A DNA stretch of 64,000 nt from a virus (taxonomy: Duplodnaviria; Caudoviricetes). Within the stretch, counting starts at the first letter, position 1; each line of letters begins with the position of its first letter. This document shows positions 48,267 to 59,049 of this stretch, piece after piece. The translations under genes and the position numbers were made by a program. Under the pieces are notes generated by a model. It saw only the letters and a program-made list of their open reading frames with translations. It made no database searches and was not told where the DNA came from. The stretch lies in IMG/VR virus record IMGVR_UViG_3300048881_000780. One strand, 5' to 3'.

Positions 48267-51200
48267 CTAGGCCACTAACTTATCAAATGACCCAGATACT
48301 TTAGATAACTCTGGAAATAAACTTCTGATTGAACCCTTAGGAGATGTCGACACTTCCATATTAAATGCAAAATTGATAGAAATAGTACCCCTAAAAAGTA
48401 CTGGCGTATAATTCTTCATTGTCTTCTCGATAGGTCCTTCCTCTTCATTGGTGAAGATATATTTATCCGCAGACCAAATATTTAACTTAATAACAGACTC
48501 TTCGTTTACTAAGTTATACTTAAGACACTTAGATCTCTTTATACCGCTTCCATACTCAAATCCTCTATCTCTTTTGTCGTCTGGAATAAAGGCAGTGGCA
48601 GAGATGACATGTTGATCTTTTAAAAATTGCTGATCACTCTCGGTAAAAACAATATCGGACATATTATGTTTTTCAAGTAAGTTCTCTTCTTTAGCGTTGA
48701 TAATTTCTTTAAAATTATCTTTAATCTCCTCAACGTTAATATTTAAAGCTTTTTTATATTTTTCTAAAAATGACATTCTATTGTCTTTATTAATTCTTAA
48801 TCTAGTAATCAAAGAAGATACAAATGCTAAATTCTCTCTGTTTTTTCCCTGAATTGCTAGTAATGCATCTCTTCCTGTTCGACCACCATCTAGAATAAGT
48901 AAGAATAAATATAGATTTAAGAAACTTTCACTTGGTACAGTAATTTCTTGATGAGAATTAATATCATCCAACTCTGGCAACTTAGAACCTAAAATAGTGG
49001 AGAGTTCAGATCTTAATTTACTGTCAATTACATGTGCTAAATTTAAGTTAACTTTCTTATCAAAGAACCATCCCTTAGGTCTTCTAAAATTCATTAAAGA
49101 TAGTGTTTTAAGAATCTCATTTGATAAATCCCTATCAATTAAACTAAAGAAGAATCCTGCTTTATCTTCGATGATTCCCTTCTTAATATCTCTGAAATTT
49201 AAAATGTTGGTGAGATTTTTAAATACCTCATTTAACATAGAACAGGCCTCAATTTTTCCAATTGATTCCTCTGAGAACATAGTTAATATAGTATTTACAC
49301 TTCCTAAGGTCTTGTCATACTTTTCAACGATAGGATTGGTCATTTTCAGTATCTCGTCTGGTCCCCATACTCTCGCTCCTGAGAACTCTCTATTGACGCA
49401 AGATCTAATTATTGGAGACAGGTGATCATTAAAATTAAAACTAGAGAACCCAAGGGCCTCTACTTCTCGTAAAACGATATTCATATCGTTAAGTATTTCA
49501 ATGTCCTTTAATTTCTCTTCATACTCGCCCATCTCTTTTTTTGTAAGATGATTTTTTACAACTTTTGTAGGTATTCCACCCTTTTTATCTTTTAATAACT
49601 CTATTTCTAGAGGTTGAAGATTTAAAAGATTCTCATCTTTTAGAATCTGATAGTGGGCCCTATTAAAATCCTCTACCGATAGTGACGCTTTTAATTTTTT
49701 TCTTACAGAATCGCTTACCTTTCTATAATAGTAATTTCCAAAGTACTCACATAACTTCTTTTTTCTAAACTCTGATTTTGAAAAATTAGAAGATTCATTT
49801 ATTTCTTTTAAGAAAAAATCTATTTCTTTTTTATCTAATGCTATCTCATTTTCAAGTTTTTCGATAATATACAAAGATTCCTCTTCTTCGCTATACTTGC
49901 TCTTTCTAATAATAGATATTAACTCTAGCGATAAATCCTCATCAATATTATTTTCCTTTATCATCGCTAGCTTATCTTCTCCAATAGAATTTTCAAGATA
50001 GAACATATCATCAAATCCACCAGCAAAAATCAACTTCTCCATAGATCCACTACCGACAATACCATAGACTTTGTTTTTACACGCAAAATCTCTAAACGAA
50101 TTATAAGGTCTGTTTTCAATAATCTTAGAGCTCTCTTTTTTTCCAACTCCTTTAAGAGAATAGAGTGGCATATAGATAAGATCATCTTTAATCTCATATC
50201 TATAAGTTGAGGTCATAACTGAAGGTGGTCTAATTAGATGTCCCCACTTTCTTTGATAAATTTTAAAATTGGCCTTATCTTTTTCACCATTTTTATTAGA
50301 AGATCTAGTAAAGATGGCCGCAACGTACTCAATTTCATAGTGATATCTTGTCCATGCGCTTACATAACTTAGACACGCATATGCAAATGCGTGAGATTTA
50401 TTGAATCCATAACCAGCAAAGGCATACATGAGATCAAAGAGCTCTTGGGCCTTATTTTTGTTAATTCCTCTAGATACTGCGCCAGCAATAAATTTTTCAC
50501 CATATTGAGCAAGTAAGTTTACATCCTTTTTTCCCATGGCCTTTCTAAGTTTATCTGACTCAAATGGAGTAAAACCACCAATATTAACTGCGATTTTCAT
50601 AACCTGTTCTTGGTAACAAATAATTCCAAGAGTTTCTTTTAACTCTTCTTCAATTTCAGGAATTAAGTATGTAACCGCTTCTACGCCATTCTTTCTTCTA
50701 ATAAAAGTATTATCCATACCCATGGACATAGGACCTGGCCTATTAATGGATGTTATTGTTGATAAATCAAATACCAGGTAATCAAGATTACTCAATCGCT
50801 TTAACATATTTACATTAATTGGCGTATTAAATTGAAAATTTGAGATCGTATCACCTTTTAAATAGGTCTCCCAAATAGGTCGGTTTTCCTCTTTATTTGC
50901 GCCATTAACAATCTCTTCCATTTTAAGGAAGAGATTTACATTATGGCGCTCTAGAATCATTAAAAAAGCATCTCTTAACTCTTCTAATGTTGAAAGGCCT
51001 AATAGATCATTCTTAGTTAGGCCGTAATATTCAGCATCGTTTTTATCTAACATTGTTACATAGATACCCATATCCTTATCAAACCAACAAGGACAGTGAT
51101 CAATCAAAGACACTCCAGGTACTACAGCGGCGGCGTGCTTTCCATAAGCATTAATAATACCTAGTACTTCTTCAACTTTATCTTGAATAGAGACGATTTC

Positions 51201-53738
51201 TCCGTTTTTCATTTTAAAGCTTTTATTCTTACTAAAGAATTGTCTAAATTCACTACTTGTCTCAAGTGCCACTCTAAATAGATGTAACTCACCTTCTGCC
51301 ATATCAAATTCACTAAAACCTCTTTCAACTTGACTATAAGGCTTTGTAACAGAGTTTGCTTCAGAGTCACTAAAACCTAAAACTCTTAGAACCATTTTAA
51401 TAGCAGATTTTACTTTTAGAGATAGCTCTGTTCCAATGGCCAAAACTTGCTCTTTACCGTAGTATTTAAGATTGAATCTAACTAGTAAATCCCTATTAGA
51501 TGAATCGAAATCAATATCAGGAAGTGAAGGAGCTGTCCCCTCTAGTCCTGACAAACTTAAAAGATCTTTATCCGAATCCTTCATTATAATTGAAACTATC
51601 ATAGAGTTTGAATCATTAGATTTAATATCTTCAGACTTAATTAGTGTCGCCCAATGTGGATTACAATATAAGTAAAATAATTCTTCCTCTAAGCGTTCTT
51701 TAAATTCTGGTTTTTCCAAATATTTTGAAACTTGATCATATATCCATTTATAATTTTCATAATGATAGAATTCAGTATCTTCAACGGCGCTTTTACCATT
51801 TACCTTAAAGTATGAAACACCAATTCTAGCTTTTGAGATAAATCTTTCAAAGATTAAACCACTTTCAAGAGGATTAACGGAGGTAATTCCAAAAGAGTAA
51901 CTAAATAAAGATCCGGCAGCTGACCCTCGACCAGGTCCAGGTAGTTCAAAACATGACTCTAGAAGAAATACATATTCCTCAAATTGCATATAATAATCGA
52001 CAAGTCTAACCTTTCCATTTAATTGAAGCGTATCAAACTCATAAAAGAACTGATCTCTATGGTCTTTTCTTTTTATATCTAATCTACCATATGTAAGTGC
52101 AACCATTAAAGCTGTTAGAGTCTTTGAATTTGGTTTAACGTATGGTAGATCCCCGTCAATATCTCTTAGAATCTTAGTTAAGTAATATTCTTTATTAAAA
52201 AATTCTGCTCTTAACCAATCTATATCTTTTTTTGCCTGTTCTATCTTTAATAGCAATGCACTGGTTTTATTTTCATCAATAAAGTCTGAGATATCAAATT
52301 CAACACCATGAACTGTTTTTTGTTTATTAAGATGTGCTTCTTTAATATCTAAATTTAAGATAAAATAATCTTCATCTTGAAATGAGTCTTGATTACCTGG
52401 AATAGGGAAATTTTTAGAAAATTCTTTTACTTTTTCTATATTAAGAACAAGAGGATTATTTATATAGTGGTTTGCATAATTGATTTCCAGTAATTTAATG
52501 GATCTATCAATTTTAAACCTTTCTACCTTATTCAAGACATTCATAGTGTTGCTACACCACTTCTTAAACATTTCATCAGTGTAAATAGATTTATCTGAAT
52601 CATTCTCTCGGTATAGACGACACATTTTATGGTACATCTCTTCTACGGAGTGTAAGTAGTATGCTTCAGGAAAGTGAAATCCTGCGCTATTTGAAGAATC
52701 CGAAATCATCATCATTTTTTGCTTTTCGTAGTCTTCCTCTCTTGGCATATGAGAATCTTGAGTAACGTAAATATTATCGAGAATATTAAATTTCTTTGAT
52801 AGCTCTATTAGTCGGTTGTTAACATTTTTTTGAGGATTACTCTCTCCTCTGACGTGAGATTTTGTAAACTTATTCCAGTCCCAAGAAAGATCAGAAAATT
52901 GAAGTTCAATATAGAAATCATCACCCAGCTCATCAATAAATCTCTTTAGAAGATCTTCTTCATCTCCAACACCTCTATGAATACTTCTAGCTAGTGGACC
53001 ACCAAAGCAAGCACTTCCGGCCATAACTCCATCTTTAAGTTCAAAAAGCCTAGACATTCTAACTCTAGGACGTAAATAGAAATTACCTGGTAAATGGGCC
53101 TCACTAACCATACGATTAATATTTTGATGGCCTTTTTCATTCTTGGCCATCACAACAAGGTGAGTATATTTATTTGTCTGACAACTAGTACTCTTTTTAG
53201 CAACCTCTAAAGTTAGATCTATGATTTTAGCAATTACTTCATCATCTCGTTCAGAGTCTTCTAACTTAAGTAAGGTTTCCCCAATTTTTTTAGAGTCTTT
53301 TTCAACTTTACTATTTCCAGTAAAATCGACCGTAGCACTAGATACGATAGAATCGAAAATAGATTCATAAAGAGGATTGCTTTTCATTTGATTTAAATAC
53401 GTAAATATTTCTTCAATTTTATTTTGTTGCGCTAAGTTCTCAAGTATTACTTGAGCTCTATCGTCTGCCATGTAAATTTCAGAACCCATAACAACAGGAA
53501 AATCATTGACACCATACTCCAAAAAGGCCTTCTTAATCGCTTTATCACCCTTTTCATTAAATTCTAATTGCTTTAGTTTATAGGCCGCAGCGTAGTGACC
53601 ATGATCAGTTAAACATGCTCCTTTATGGCCTACTTCTAGACACCTTAGAAAATACTGTTTAGGCGTACCTATTCCGTCTAATTTAGAGTAATGAGAGTGT
53701 GCGTGTAAATTTATAAATGGAATATCTTTAAAGTTCAT
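48267..53738 (-). CDS. dnaE: DNA polymerase III alpha subunit (C family, DnaE type) with large insertions
   Basis: HAHSHYS..DG, TDHG, GRGSAAGS, FERF, PDIDFD, KNDLLGL, RPGP, YQEQVM, FNKSHA. Confidence 0.95.
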   Translation of the reverse strand: MNFKDIPFINLHAHSHYSKLDGIGTPKQYFLRCLEVGHKGACLTDHGHYAAAYKLKQLEFNEKGDKAIKKAFLEYGVNDFPVVMGSEIYMADDRAQVILENLAQQNKIEEIFTYLNQMKSNPLYESIFDSIVSSATVDFTGNSKVEKDSKKIGETLLKLEDSERDDEVIAKIIDLTLEVAKKSTSCQTNKYTHLVVMAKNEKGHQNINRMVSEAHLPGNFYLRPRVRMSRLFELKDGVMAGSACFGGPLARSIHRGVGDEEDLLKRFIDELGDDFYIELQFSDLSWDWNKFTKSHVRGESNPQKNVNNRLIELSKKFNILDNIYVTQDSHMPREEDYEKQKMMMISDSSNSAGFHFPEAYYLHSVEEMYHKMCRLYRENDSDKSIYTDEMFKKWCSNTMNVLNKVERFKIDRSIKLLEINYANHYINNPLVLNIEKVKEFSKNFPIPGNQDSFQDEDYFILNLDIKEAHLNKQKTVHGVEFDISDFIDENKTSALLLKIEQAKKDIDWLRAEFFNKEYYLTKILRDIDGDLPYVKPNSKTLTALMVALTYGRLDIKRKDHRDQFFYEFDTLQLNGKVRLVDYYMQFEEYVFLLESCFELPGPGRGSAAGSLFSYSFGITSVNPLESGLIFERFISKARIGVSYFKVNGKSAVEDTEFYHYENYKWIYDQVSKYLEKPEFKERLEEELFYLYCNPHWATLIKSEDIKSNDSNSMIVSIIMKDSDKDLLSLSGLEGTAPSLPDIDFDSSNRDLLVRFNLKYYGKEQVLAIGTELSLKVKSAIKMVLRVLGFSDSEANSVTKPYSQVERGFSEFDMAEGELHLFRVALETSSEFRQFFSKNKSFKMKNGEIVSIQDKVEEVLGIINAYGKHAAAVVPGVSLIDHCPCWFDKDMGIYVTMLDKNDAEYYGLTKNDLLGLSTLEELRDAFLMILERHNVNLFLKMEEIVNGANKEENRPIWETYLKGDTISNFQFNTPINVNMLKRLSNLDYLVFDLSTITSINRPGPMSMGMDNTFIRRKNGVEAVTYLIPEIEEELKETLGIICYQEQVMKIAVNIGGFTPFESDKLRKAMGKKDVNLLAQYGEKFIAGAVSRGINKNKAQELFDLMYAFAGYGFNKSHAFAYACLSYVSAWTRYHYEIEYVAAIFTRSSNKNGEKDKANFKIYQRKWGHLIRPPSVMTSTYRYEIKDDLIYMPLYSLKGVGKKESSKIIENRPYNSFRDFACKNKVYGIVGSGSMEKLIFAGGFDDMFYLENSIGEDKLAMIKENNIDEDLSLELISIIRKSKYSEEEESLYIIEKLENEIALDKKEIDFFLKEINESSNFSKSEFRKKKLCEYFGNYYYRKVSDSVRKKLKASLSVEDFNRAHYQILKDENLLNLQPLEIELLKDKKGGIPTKVVKNHLTKKEMGEYEEKLKDIEILNDMNIVLREVEALGFSSFNFNDHLSPIIRSCVNREFSGARVWGPDEILKMTNPIVEKYDKTLGSVNTILTMFSEESIGKIEACSMLNEVFKNLTNILNFRDIKKGIIEDKAGFFFSLIDRDLSNEILKTLSLMNFRRPKGWFFDKKVNLNLAHVIDSKLRSELSTILGSKLPELDDINSHQEITVPSESFLNLYLFLLILDGGRTGRDALLAIQGKNRENLAFVSSLITRLRINKDNRMSFLEKYKKALNINVEEIKDNFKEIINAKEENLLEKHNMSDIVFTESDQQFLKDQHVISATAFIPDDKRDRGFEYGSGIKRSKCLKYNLVNEESVIKLNIWSADKYIFTNEEEGPIEKTMKNYTPVLFRGTISINFAFNMEVSTSPKGSIRSLFPELSKVSGSFDKLVA

Positions 53739-53739
53739 A

Positions 53740-54147
53740 TTACTTATTATCGTTAAATTCGTTAATTGCTAATGCCGTGGCCTCTAAGCATGAAAAATGA
53801 AGACTATCTCTTTTTGATGTGAAATATTCATTATTAGGAAGTTCATTTTTCCACTCTTTTGTATAATATAGTTGGCATTCATTAGTTTCAGGTTGGAATC
53901 TATTTAGTTTTACATCATGTTTTATATTTAGAAATTCCCAGACAGGCAGGAACGAATCAATCGACTTTCCATAAGGAAGCTCTTCAAAATCAAGGAAACC
54001 ATCTCTATTAAAATTCATTGATTCCTCTAGTACTTTTAAGTCTTTAGAAGGATGCTTACTTCTATCAACCCAGCGAACTCTCCCTAGAATCTCAATAGGT
54101 TCATAATTCATATACATGGCAATGACTTTAATATATTCTTTTTTCAC
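53740..54147 (-). CDS. Phage-type hypothetical protein upstream of dnaE
   Basis: AGGAG RBS; 1-nt gap to dnaE. Confidence 0.7.
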   Translation of the reverse strand: MKKEYIKVIAMYMNYEPIEILGRVRWVDRSKHPSKDLKVLEESMNFNRDGFLDFEELPYGKSIDSFLPVWEFLNIKHDVKLNRFQPETNECQLYYTKEWKNELPNNEYFTSKRDSLHFSCLEATALAINEFNDNK

Positions 54148-54168
54148 TTAGTCTCCTTTTTACTATTA

Positions 54169-54300
54169 TAACACTGCTTGTTAACTATATAAAGTTGCAA
54201 AGTATGACTAATATTCAAAAAACACACAAAAACAAATAAGTACTTAATATTACGAAGCACACCTCACGCCATCGGCTTTATTTGTTAACACAACTTGTTA
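54169..54300. promoter_or_regulatory. Divergent replication-gene promoter region with two TAACAC-N3-TTGTTA sites
   Basis: 54169-54183 (toward dnaE) and 54286-54300 (toward helicase), each overlapping a TGnTAnnnT element. Confidence 0.65.
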
Positions 54301-54355
54301 AAGTGTCGATAACTACGATATAATTTAACACAACACACTAAACAAAAAGAGAATT

Positions 54356-56443
54356 ATGTCCCAAATTAGATCAAAAGCCCTAGCTCCTGAGTTTCAAAAG
54401 GAAATTATTTCCCTTATTGTCAGCTCAAATAACTTCTCAAATGGTTTTTTTAGTTTAATTAAGGGTGTATCTAATAACGAAATGATTAAGAATCTGAGAA
54501 TTTTCTCAGACCCTACAATTCATGAAATTTATAAACAATTCAGTGAATGCAAGAAAGAGAAAGATTATCACCCTAGTAGAGGTGAATTTATTCAATTTAT
54601 TCACGACAATTTTCATAACGAAAATAGAGATACCTTAGTTCAAAGAATTAACTCTCTATATGAAATGAAGGTTGAGTCAACAAAAGAACACGAGCAAACA
54701 GTACTTAATCTCGTTATTATGGCCAAGGTACTAAACCATTTAAATCATATTCCAGATTTAACTGAATCAAAGAATGCTCAAGAAGATATCCTGAAAATTA
54801 GTGATGATATCGTATCTTTTGCTGAAGATATTAAGAATACAAGTTTTACAAAAGCTAATGTGATTGATGTAACAGACCCATTTTCTCTAATAAAAGAGTA
54901 TGCTGTTACAGCAGGACAAAAAATTCAGCTTGGGCACCCAGATCTTGATGATGCACTTAACGGAGGAATTGGCCGTCAAGAAGTAACAGTTCTTATCTCT
55001 CGAGTTAATGGTGGTAAATCAATACTACTGGTAAATATATGTGCAAATGCACTAAGACAATATCCTGATGAAAATATTGCCTTTGTTGTTATGGAGGGGA
55101 AGAAACTCCAGACACCAATTAGATTAATGAGTAATCTAACAGATATTCCCTATGAGATTCTATCAAATGCTAAAAAAACCATAGATGAAAGCTCTTCAAA
55201 ATCTGACCTAGCAAGGTATTTCAAACAATACTACGGATTCTTTAAGAGTCGCTTCTCACTAGAGAAATTCTTCGAGGCCCATGACCCAAAAGATTTTAAT
55301 AACGACGAATCTTTTTCCAATTGGTGTATGGATAAACTTGATAAGTACGAAAAAGAGTTTGGTCACAGGATATCAATGATTGACTGTACTCAGGACTCAA
55401 GTCTTGAATCTATTCTTCTTAGTATAGAACAAGAATCCAAGAGACTTGGTGGGTTTTCTATCACCTCTATTGATTATGGACAGCTAATTAAAGTAGCAAA
55501 TTTAAAGTTTGCGACTACAGATTTAGAGCTTAAACACATATTTAGAGAATTAGAGAAATTATCTTCTAGAATTTACACATCTTGTATTGTACCAATGCAA
55601 GCAAAAACTGAAGCGATGAGAAAGCTTGAAGATCAAATCGAAAAAGGAACAAGATTTCCATATTACGATATTGCAAGTTGTGCAGACTCTAAAAAGCCAG
55701 CAGATTCTTCTGCAACAGTTCTTGCTTGGACTAGAACAAATGAAGAAAATAAAATGGGAAGAGGTAGAGTAACTGTTGTAAAATCTAGAGAGTCTCGAAC
55801 TGATTTTCAAATCGGATTTATTCCAAGATGGGATATCTGTAAAATTATGACCGATGATATCTATTTCAAAGGTTTTGGTGACGAGAATCAACTACAACAA
55901 TACAAGAATGATCAAGAAGCAACTAGTGATTTCTTTGCATCAAAAAAAGATAACGTAACTCCTTCTACACAAGAGGATGATTCACCTAAAGAAATTATAG
56001 CTAGTGAGTTTATAGAAGCTTCAAACATACTATCAGAACTCTTTTCTCAGTGGGATTATGAGAAAACTACTGAAATTCGTGATCAACTAATTCACCTTTT
56101 ACAAAAAGAAGAAGAGACTATTAAAGAGAGAGTTAAACTCAAATCATTAGATGTTTCTGATGAAAATTTTGATCTATGTGAAGAAAAGATTGAACTGAAT
56201 ATGCAAGAAATTAGTAATATAAGAGAAGAGTTACCTGATATTACTTATAAGCTTGGAAGTAATGATGAAAAAAATGGACCACTAGAGCTGACTCTAAGTT
56301 CAAATGGGCTATTTAAAATCGCATACAAGAAAGCTAAAAAGGCATTAGAGTTCATTTCAGAACAAACCACAGAAAAAGAAATTCTTGAGCTCTTTTGTGA
56401 AATTAACGAAATTGTTTTAAAAATCGAGGCCCTCGATGACTAA
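54356..56443 (+). CDS. SF4 replicative helicase (DnaB / T4 gp41-like) with C-terminal extension
   Basis: SRVNGGKS (Walker A), MEG, IDYGQL, PMQ, KSR. Confidence 0.88.
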   Translation: MSQIRSKALAPEFQKEIISLIVSSNNFSNGFFSLIKGVSNNEMIKNLRIFSDPTIHEIYKQFSECKKEKDYHPSRGEFIQFIHDNFHNENRDTLVQRINSLYEMKVESTKEHEQTVLNLVIMAKVLNHLNHIPDLTESKNAQEDILKISDDIVSFAEDIKNTSFTKANVIDVTDPFSLIKEYAVTAGQKIQLGHPDLDDALNGGIGRQEVTVLISRVNGGKSILLVNICANALRQYPDENIAFVVMEGKKLQTPIRLMSNLTDIPYEILSNAKKTIDESSSKSDLARYFKQYYGFFKSRFSLEKFFEAHDPKDFNNDESFSNWCMDKLDKYEKEFGHRISMIDCTQDSSLESILLSIEQESKRLGGFSITSIDYGQLIKVANLKFATTDLELKHIFRELEKLSSRIYTSCIVPMQAKTEAMRKLEDQIEKGTRFPYYDIASCADSKKPADSSATVLAWTRTNEENKMGRGRVTVVKSRESRTDFQIGFIPRWDICKIMTDDIYFKGFGDENQLQQYKNDQEATSDFFASKKDNVTPSTQEDDSPKEIIASEFIEASNILSELFSQWDYEKTTEIRDQLIHLLQKEEETIKERVKLKSLDVSDENFDLCEEKIELNMQEISNIREELPDITYKLGSNDEKNGPLELTLSSNGLFKIAYKKAKKALEFISEQTTEKEILELFCEINEIVLKIEALDD

Positions 56444-58031
56444 AACATACGTTATGAAAATTAAAGTCAAAGATTATCTCGAGAGAAATGATATCGATCC
56501 CTCTCGAGAGAATGCCAAAGGATTTATTCAGACTGATTGTCCTGCATGTGATGGAAAGAAAAAAGTTCACATACTAGTTAGTCCCGATAAGTATTCCGAT
56601 GAGTTGCCATATGGATTTAGTAAGTGTCAAAAAGGATGCTTTATTGGTGGCTTTGAGAAATTCGTTTCCATAGTAGAAGGAATAGAACCCGAAGAGGCCT
56701 GGAAGAAAATATTCACGGTTAAAAATTCAAAAAGTAAGAAGAAATCTCCATATACCCTATCTACTGATAATGAGCAGAAAGTCAGAAAAAAAAGAGAAAT
56801 ACCACCCGTTCTACCTATTGAGATTCCTCACTTAGCAACAAAATTAACAAACGATTCTCCAAGTTTTCAACACAAATTAGCAAGGGCCTTTTTAGTTGGA
56901 AAAAGAGGTGTTAATAGTAGCGATCTCGATAAACTTGAAATCTATGTCATTCCATATGACGCGAAAAGTACTCAAAAAATGATAGCTAATAAGCACAATA
57001 TTGAACTAGCGTCATTACTAGATTTTTATAAAAAAACGAAGACTGAACTTAATCACCTAAAAATATTTAGCGCTGGAGATATAACTGTTAAAAACTCTAA
57101 GGACGTTGATCAATACTTTAAAGTCGATGGAATCTCACTAGCAATTAGAGACTTATATAATCACTACCTTCATCTAAATAGGGCCATTATGACTATCAAG
57201 TACAAGAGGAAGATAGTTGGATTTGTATCTAGAGCAGTAACCGATAAATTTATTGGACCAAAGGTATTAAACTCCTCTGGGCCATTACAAAGCTATTACT
57301 TTTGGAATTATCACAATTTAGTTAAATCCGGCGTAGAAGAGCTTGTTCTATGTGAAGGTATTTTAGATGCCTACCACTGTGGAATTGATAGATCTATGGC
57401 CATTCTTGGTCTAAGCCTAGGAACAGAGGAGAGAACTCTTCTTATTAGTAAATTACTTAAACCAAAGAAGGTTATAGTTTACTTTGACCCTGGCGCAGAA
57501 GATAAGGCATTGGTTTACGCTGAAAATCTATCTAAAGAAGGACTTAACGTAGAAATTACCTTCTTAGATCACTTATGCCACTGGGATTTAGACAGAGAAA
57601 AACAATTTAAAGATTTTCTAGAGATCACTGGTTCTATATCCAAGAAATCAAAAAAGGATACTAATAACTTAAAAGAGATCCCATATGATGATTATATGAG
57701 ACTAAAATGTATTCTATCTTTTTTTAAAAAAGCAAATGACCACGATTTATCAACGGCCAAATCTAAAATTTTAAAAATTCCACAATATAAAGAAATATTT
57801 CCAGAAATTGAAGAGAGCTCTAAAAAACTATATCTACACTTTAAAAGAAACCTAAGTGATGTAGTTGATTTTATCTCCCCTATTTGTGATCTCTCATATA
57901 TCGATGCTGGAGATTTATCTAAAGAAGAAAATACTAAAATAACCAATAACTCCTCTGCGCTTGGAAACCTAGTTGATCTAAAGATTAAGAAGTTAAAAAA
58001 GAGAAGAATTAAATTTGGAGAAAGAAAATGA
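56436..58031 (+). CDS. DNA primase (Zn ribbon plus TOPRIM)
   Basis: CPAC...CQKGC; CEGILDA; YFDPG; DAGDL; coupled to helicase. Confidence 0.85.
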   Translation: MTKTYVMKIKVKDYLERNDIDPSRENAKGFIQTDCPACDGKKKVHILVSPDKYSDELPYGFSKCQKGCFIGGFEKFVSIVEGIEPEEAWKKIFTVKNSKSKKKSPYTLSTDNEQKVRKKREIPPVLPIEIPHLATKLTNDSPSFQHKLARAFLVGKRGVNSSDLDKLEIYVIPYDAKSTQKMIANKHNIELASLLDFYKKTKTELNHLKIFSAGDITVKNSKDVDQYFKVDGISLAIRDLYNHYLHLNRAIMTIKYKRKIVGFVSRAVTDKFIGPKVLNSSGPLQSYYFWNYHNLVKSGVEELVLCEGILDAYHCGIDRSMAILGLSLGTEERTLLISKLLKPKKVIVYFDPGAEDKALVYAENLSKEGLNVEITFLDHLCHWDLDREKQFKDFLEITGSISKKSKKDTNNLKEIPYDDYMRLKCILSFFKKANDHDLSTAKSKILKIPQYKEIFPEIEESSKKLYLHFKRNLSDVVDFISPICDLSYIDAGDLSKEENTKITNNSSALGNLVDLKIKKLKKRRIKFGERK

Positions 58032-58354
58032 GCAAAAAGACATTAAAAAACGATGAATTATATAAGACAAATTTAACTAGTCATATCGTTAAGCATAAAG
58101 ATCTAAGGGTTGATCTATGTGAACATTCCTTTTCTCAAAAAAAAGCAAAGAGAGGAAAGATATTTCTCTCCCTTAATTTAGCTCTAGTTACTGAAAAATC
58201 CAGAATTTCTCTAGAAAAGATTAGATCATTTATTCTTACAGAAATAGGGCTGGTCTCTCTAAGTGATCTAGAAGAAATGTTAACAGAAAAGCAGTTTTTA
58301 AACTTAAATAAGAAATTAGCAAAGAAGTACGAATTAGACGTTAAGAAGGACTAA
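58028..58354 (+). CDS. Hypothetical basic protein in helicase-primase operon
   Basis: ATGA overlap with primase. Confidence 0.65.
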   Translation: MSKKTLKNDELYKTNLTSHIVKHKDLRVDLCEHSFSQKKAKRGKIFLSLNLALVTEKSRISLEKIRSFILTEIGLVSLSDLEEMLTEKQFLNLNKKLAKKYELDVKKD

Positions 58355-58357
58355 GTA

Positions 58358-58621
58358 ATGACAAAAGATAAAGAAGAGTGCGTCGCTGGGTGCAATGTAT
58401 TTAACGGTGGAGAAATAAGACACCACGAGAATTGCCCATTCTATCCAGAAAGTCTAACGGAGATGTACGAGAGAAAAGATAGAGATAACGAAACTCTAAT
58501 AAAGGGTATCTCCTATTTGGAGAGTATTAGTAATGACCCCATTCACCCTGATCTTCTCGGGGCGTTTTTGCGAGACTTACTCGACCAAGTTGGAATTAAA
58601 AAGAGGTCAAATAAAAAGTGA
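58358..58621 (+). CDS. Small protein with Cys/His motif
   Basis: CVAGC...HHENC..YPES. Confidence 0.65.
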   Translation: MTKDKEECVAGCNVFNGGEIRHHENCPFYPESLTEMYERKDRDNETLIKGISYLESISNDPIHPDLLGAFLRDLLDQVGIKKRSNKK

Positions 58622-59049
58622 AAGAATTTATTTTAAAAAATATCAGTTTCTTAATAGGGCTAATTATAGGAGCAGTCATTGGTGTCACAGGGATTGCAAC
58701 TTGTGTATATATTAAAACCTCACAAATGCATTCTACTATCTACATGAAAAAAAGAATCAGCTCTAAGAAAACTCCTTTAAAACTAAAGAGAGTATTATGT
58801 AACGCCCTTATGGTTGATACAGGACTTATTAATTCACAATGTATTATGAATTTTGGATTAAGCTATTTAAGCACTTACCCTGAAACTATTCTACCTTATA
58901 TCACTAGAAAGAATACTCTCAAGAAATTTATTTCAATACCATATCTAAAGAGTGTTCAATTCCTACATAAAGAAAGGTTGATCACCACTGAAGATATAAA
59001 TAATTCTGAATCACTTTCTTATATATTAAACTCACAGGAGATTATATGA
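58618..59049 (+). CDS. Single-TM membrane protein, family A copy 1
   Basis: Paralogue of 60619..61053. Confidence 0.72.
   Translation: MKEFILKNISFLIGLIIGAVIGVTGIATCVYIKTSQMHSTIYMKKRISSKKTPLKLKRVLCNALMVDTGLINSQCIMNFGLSYLSTYPETILPYITRKNTLKKFISIPYLKSVQFLHKERLITTEDINNSESLSYILNSQEII

Noticed and set aside
48267-53738. Inteins in dnaE
   Set aside because: Inserts lack C/S starts, HN-C/S/T ends and homing endonuclease motifs
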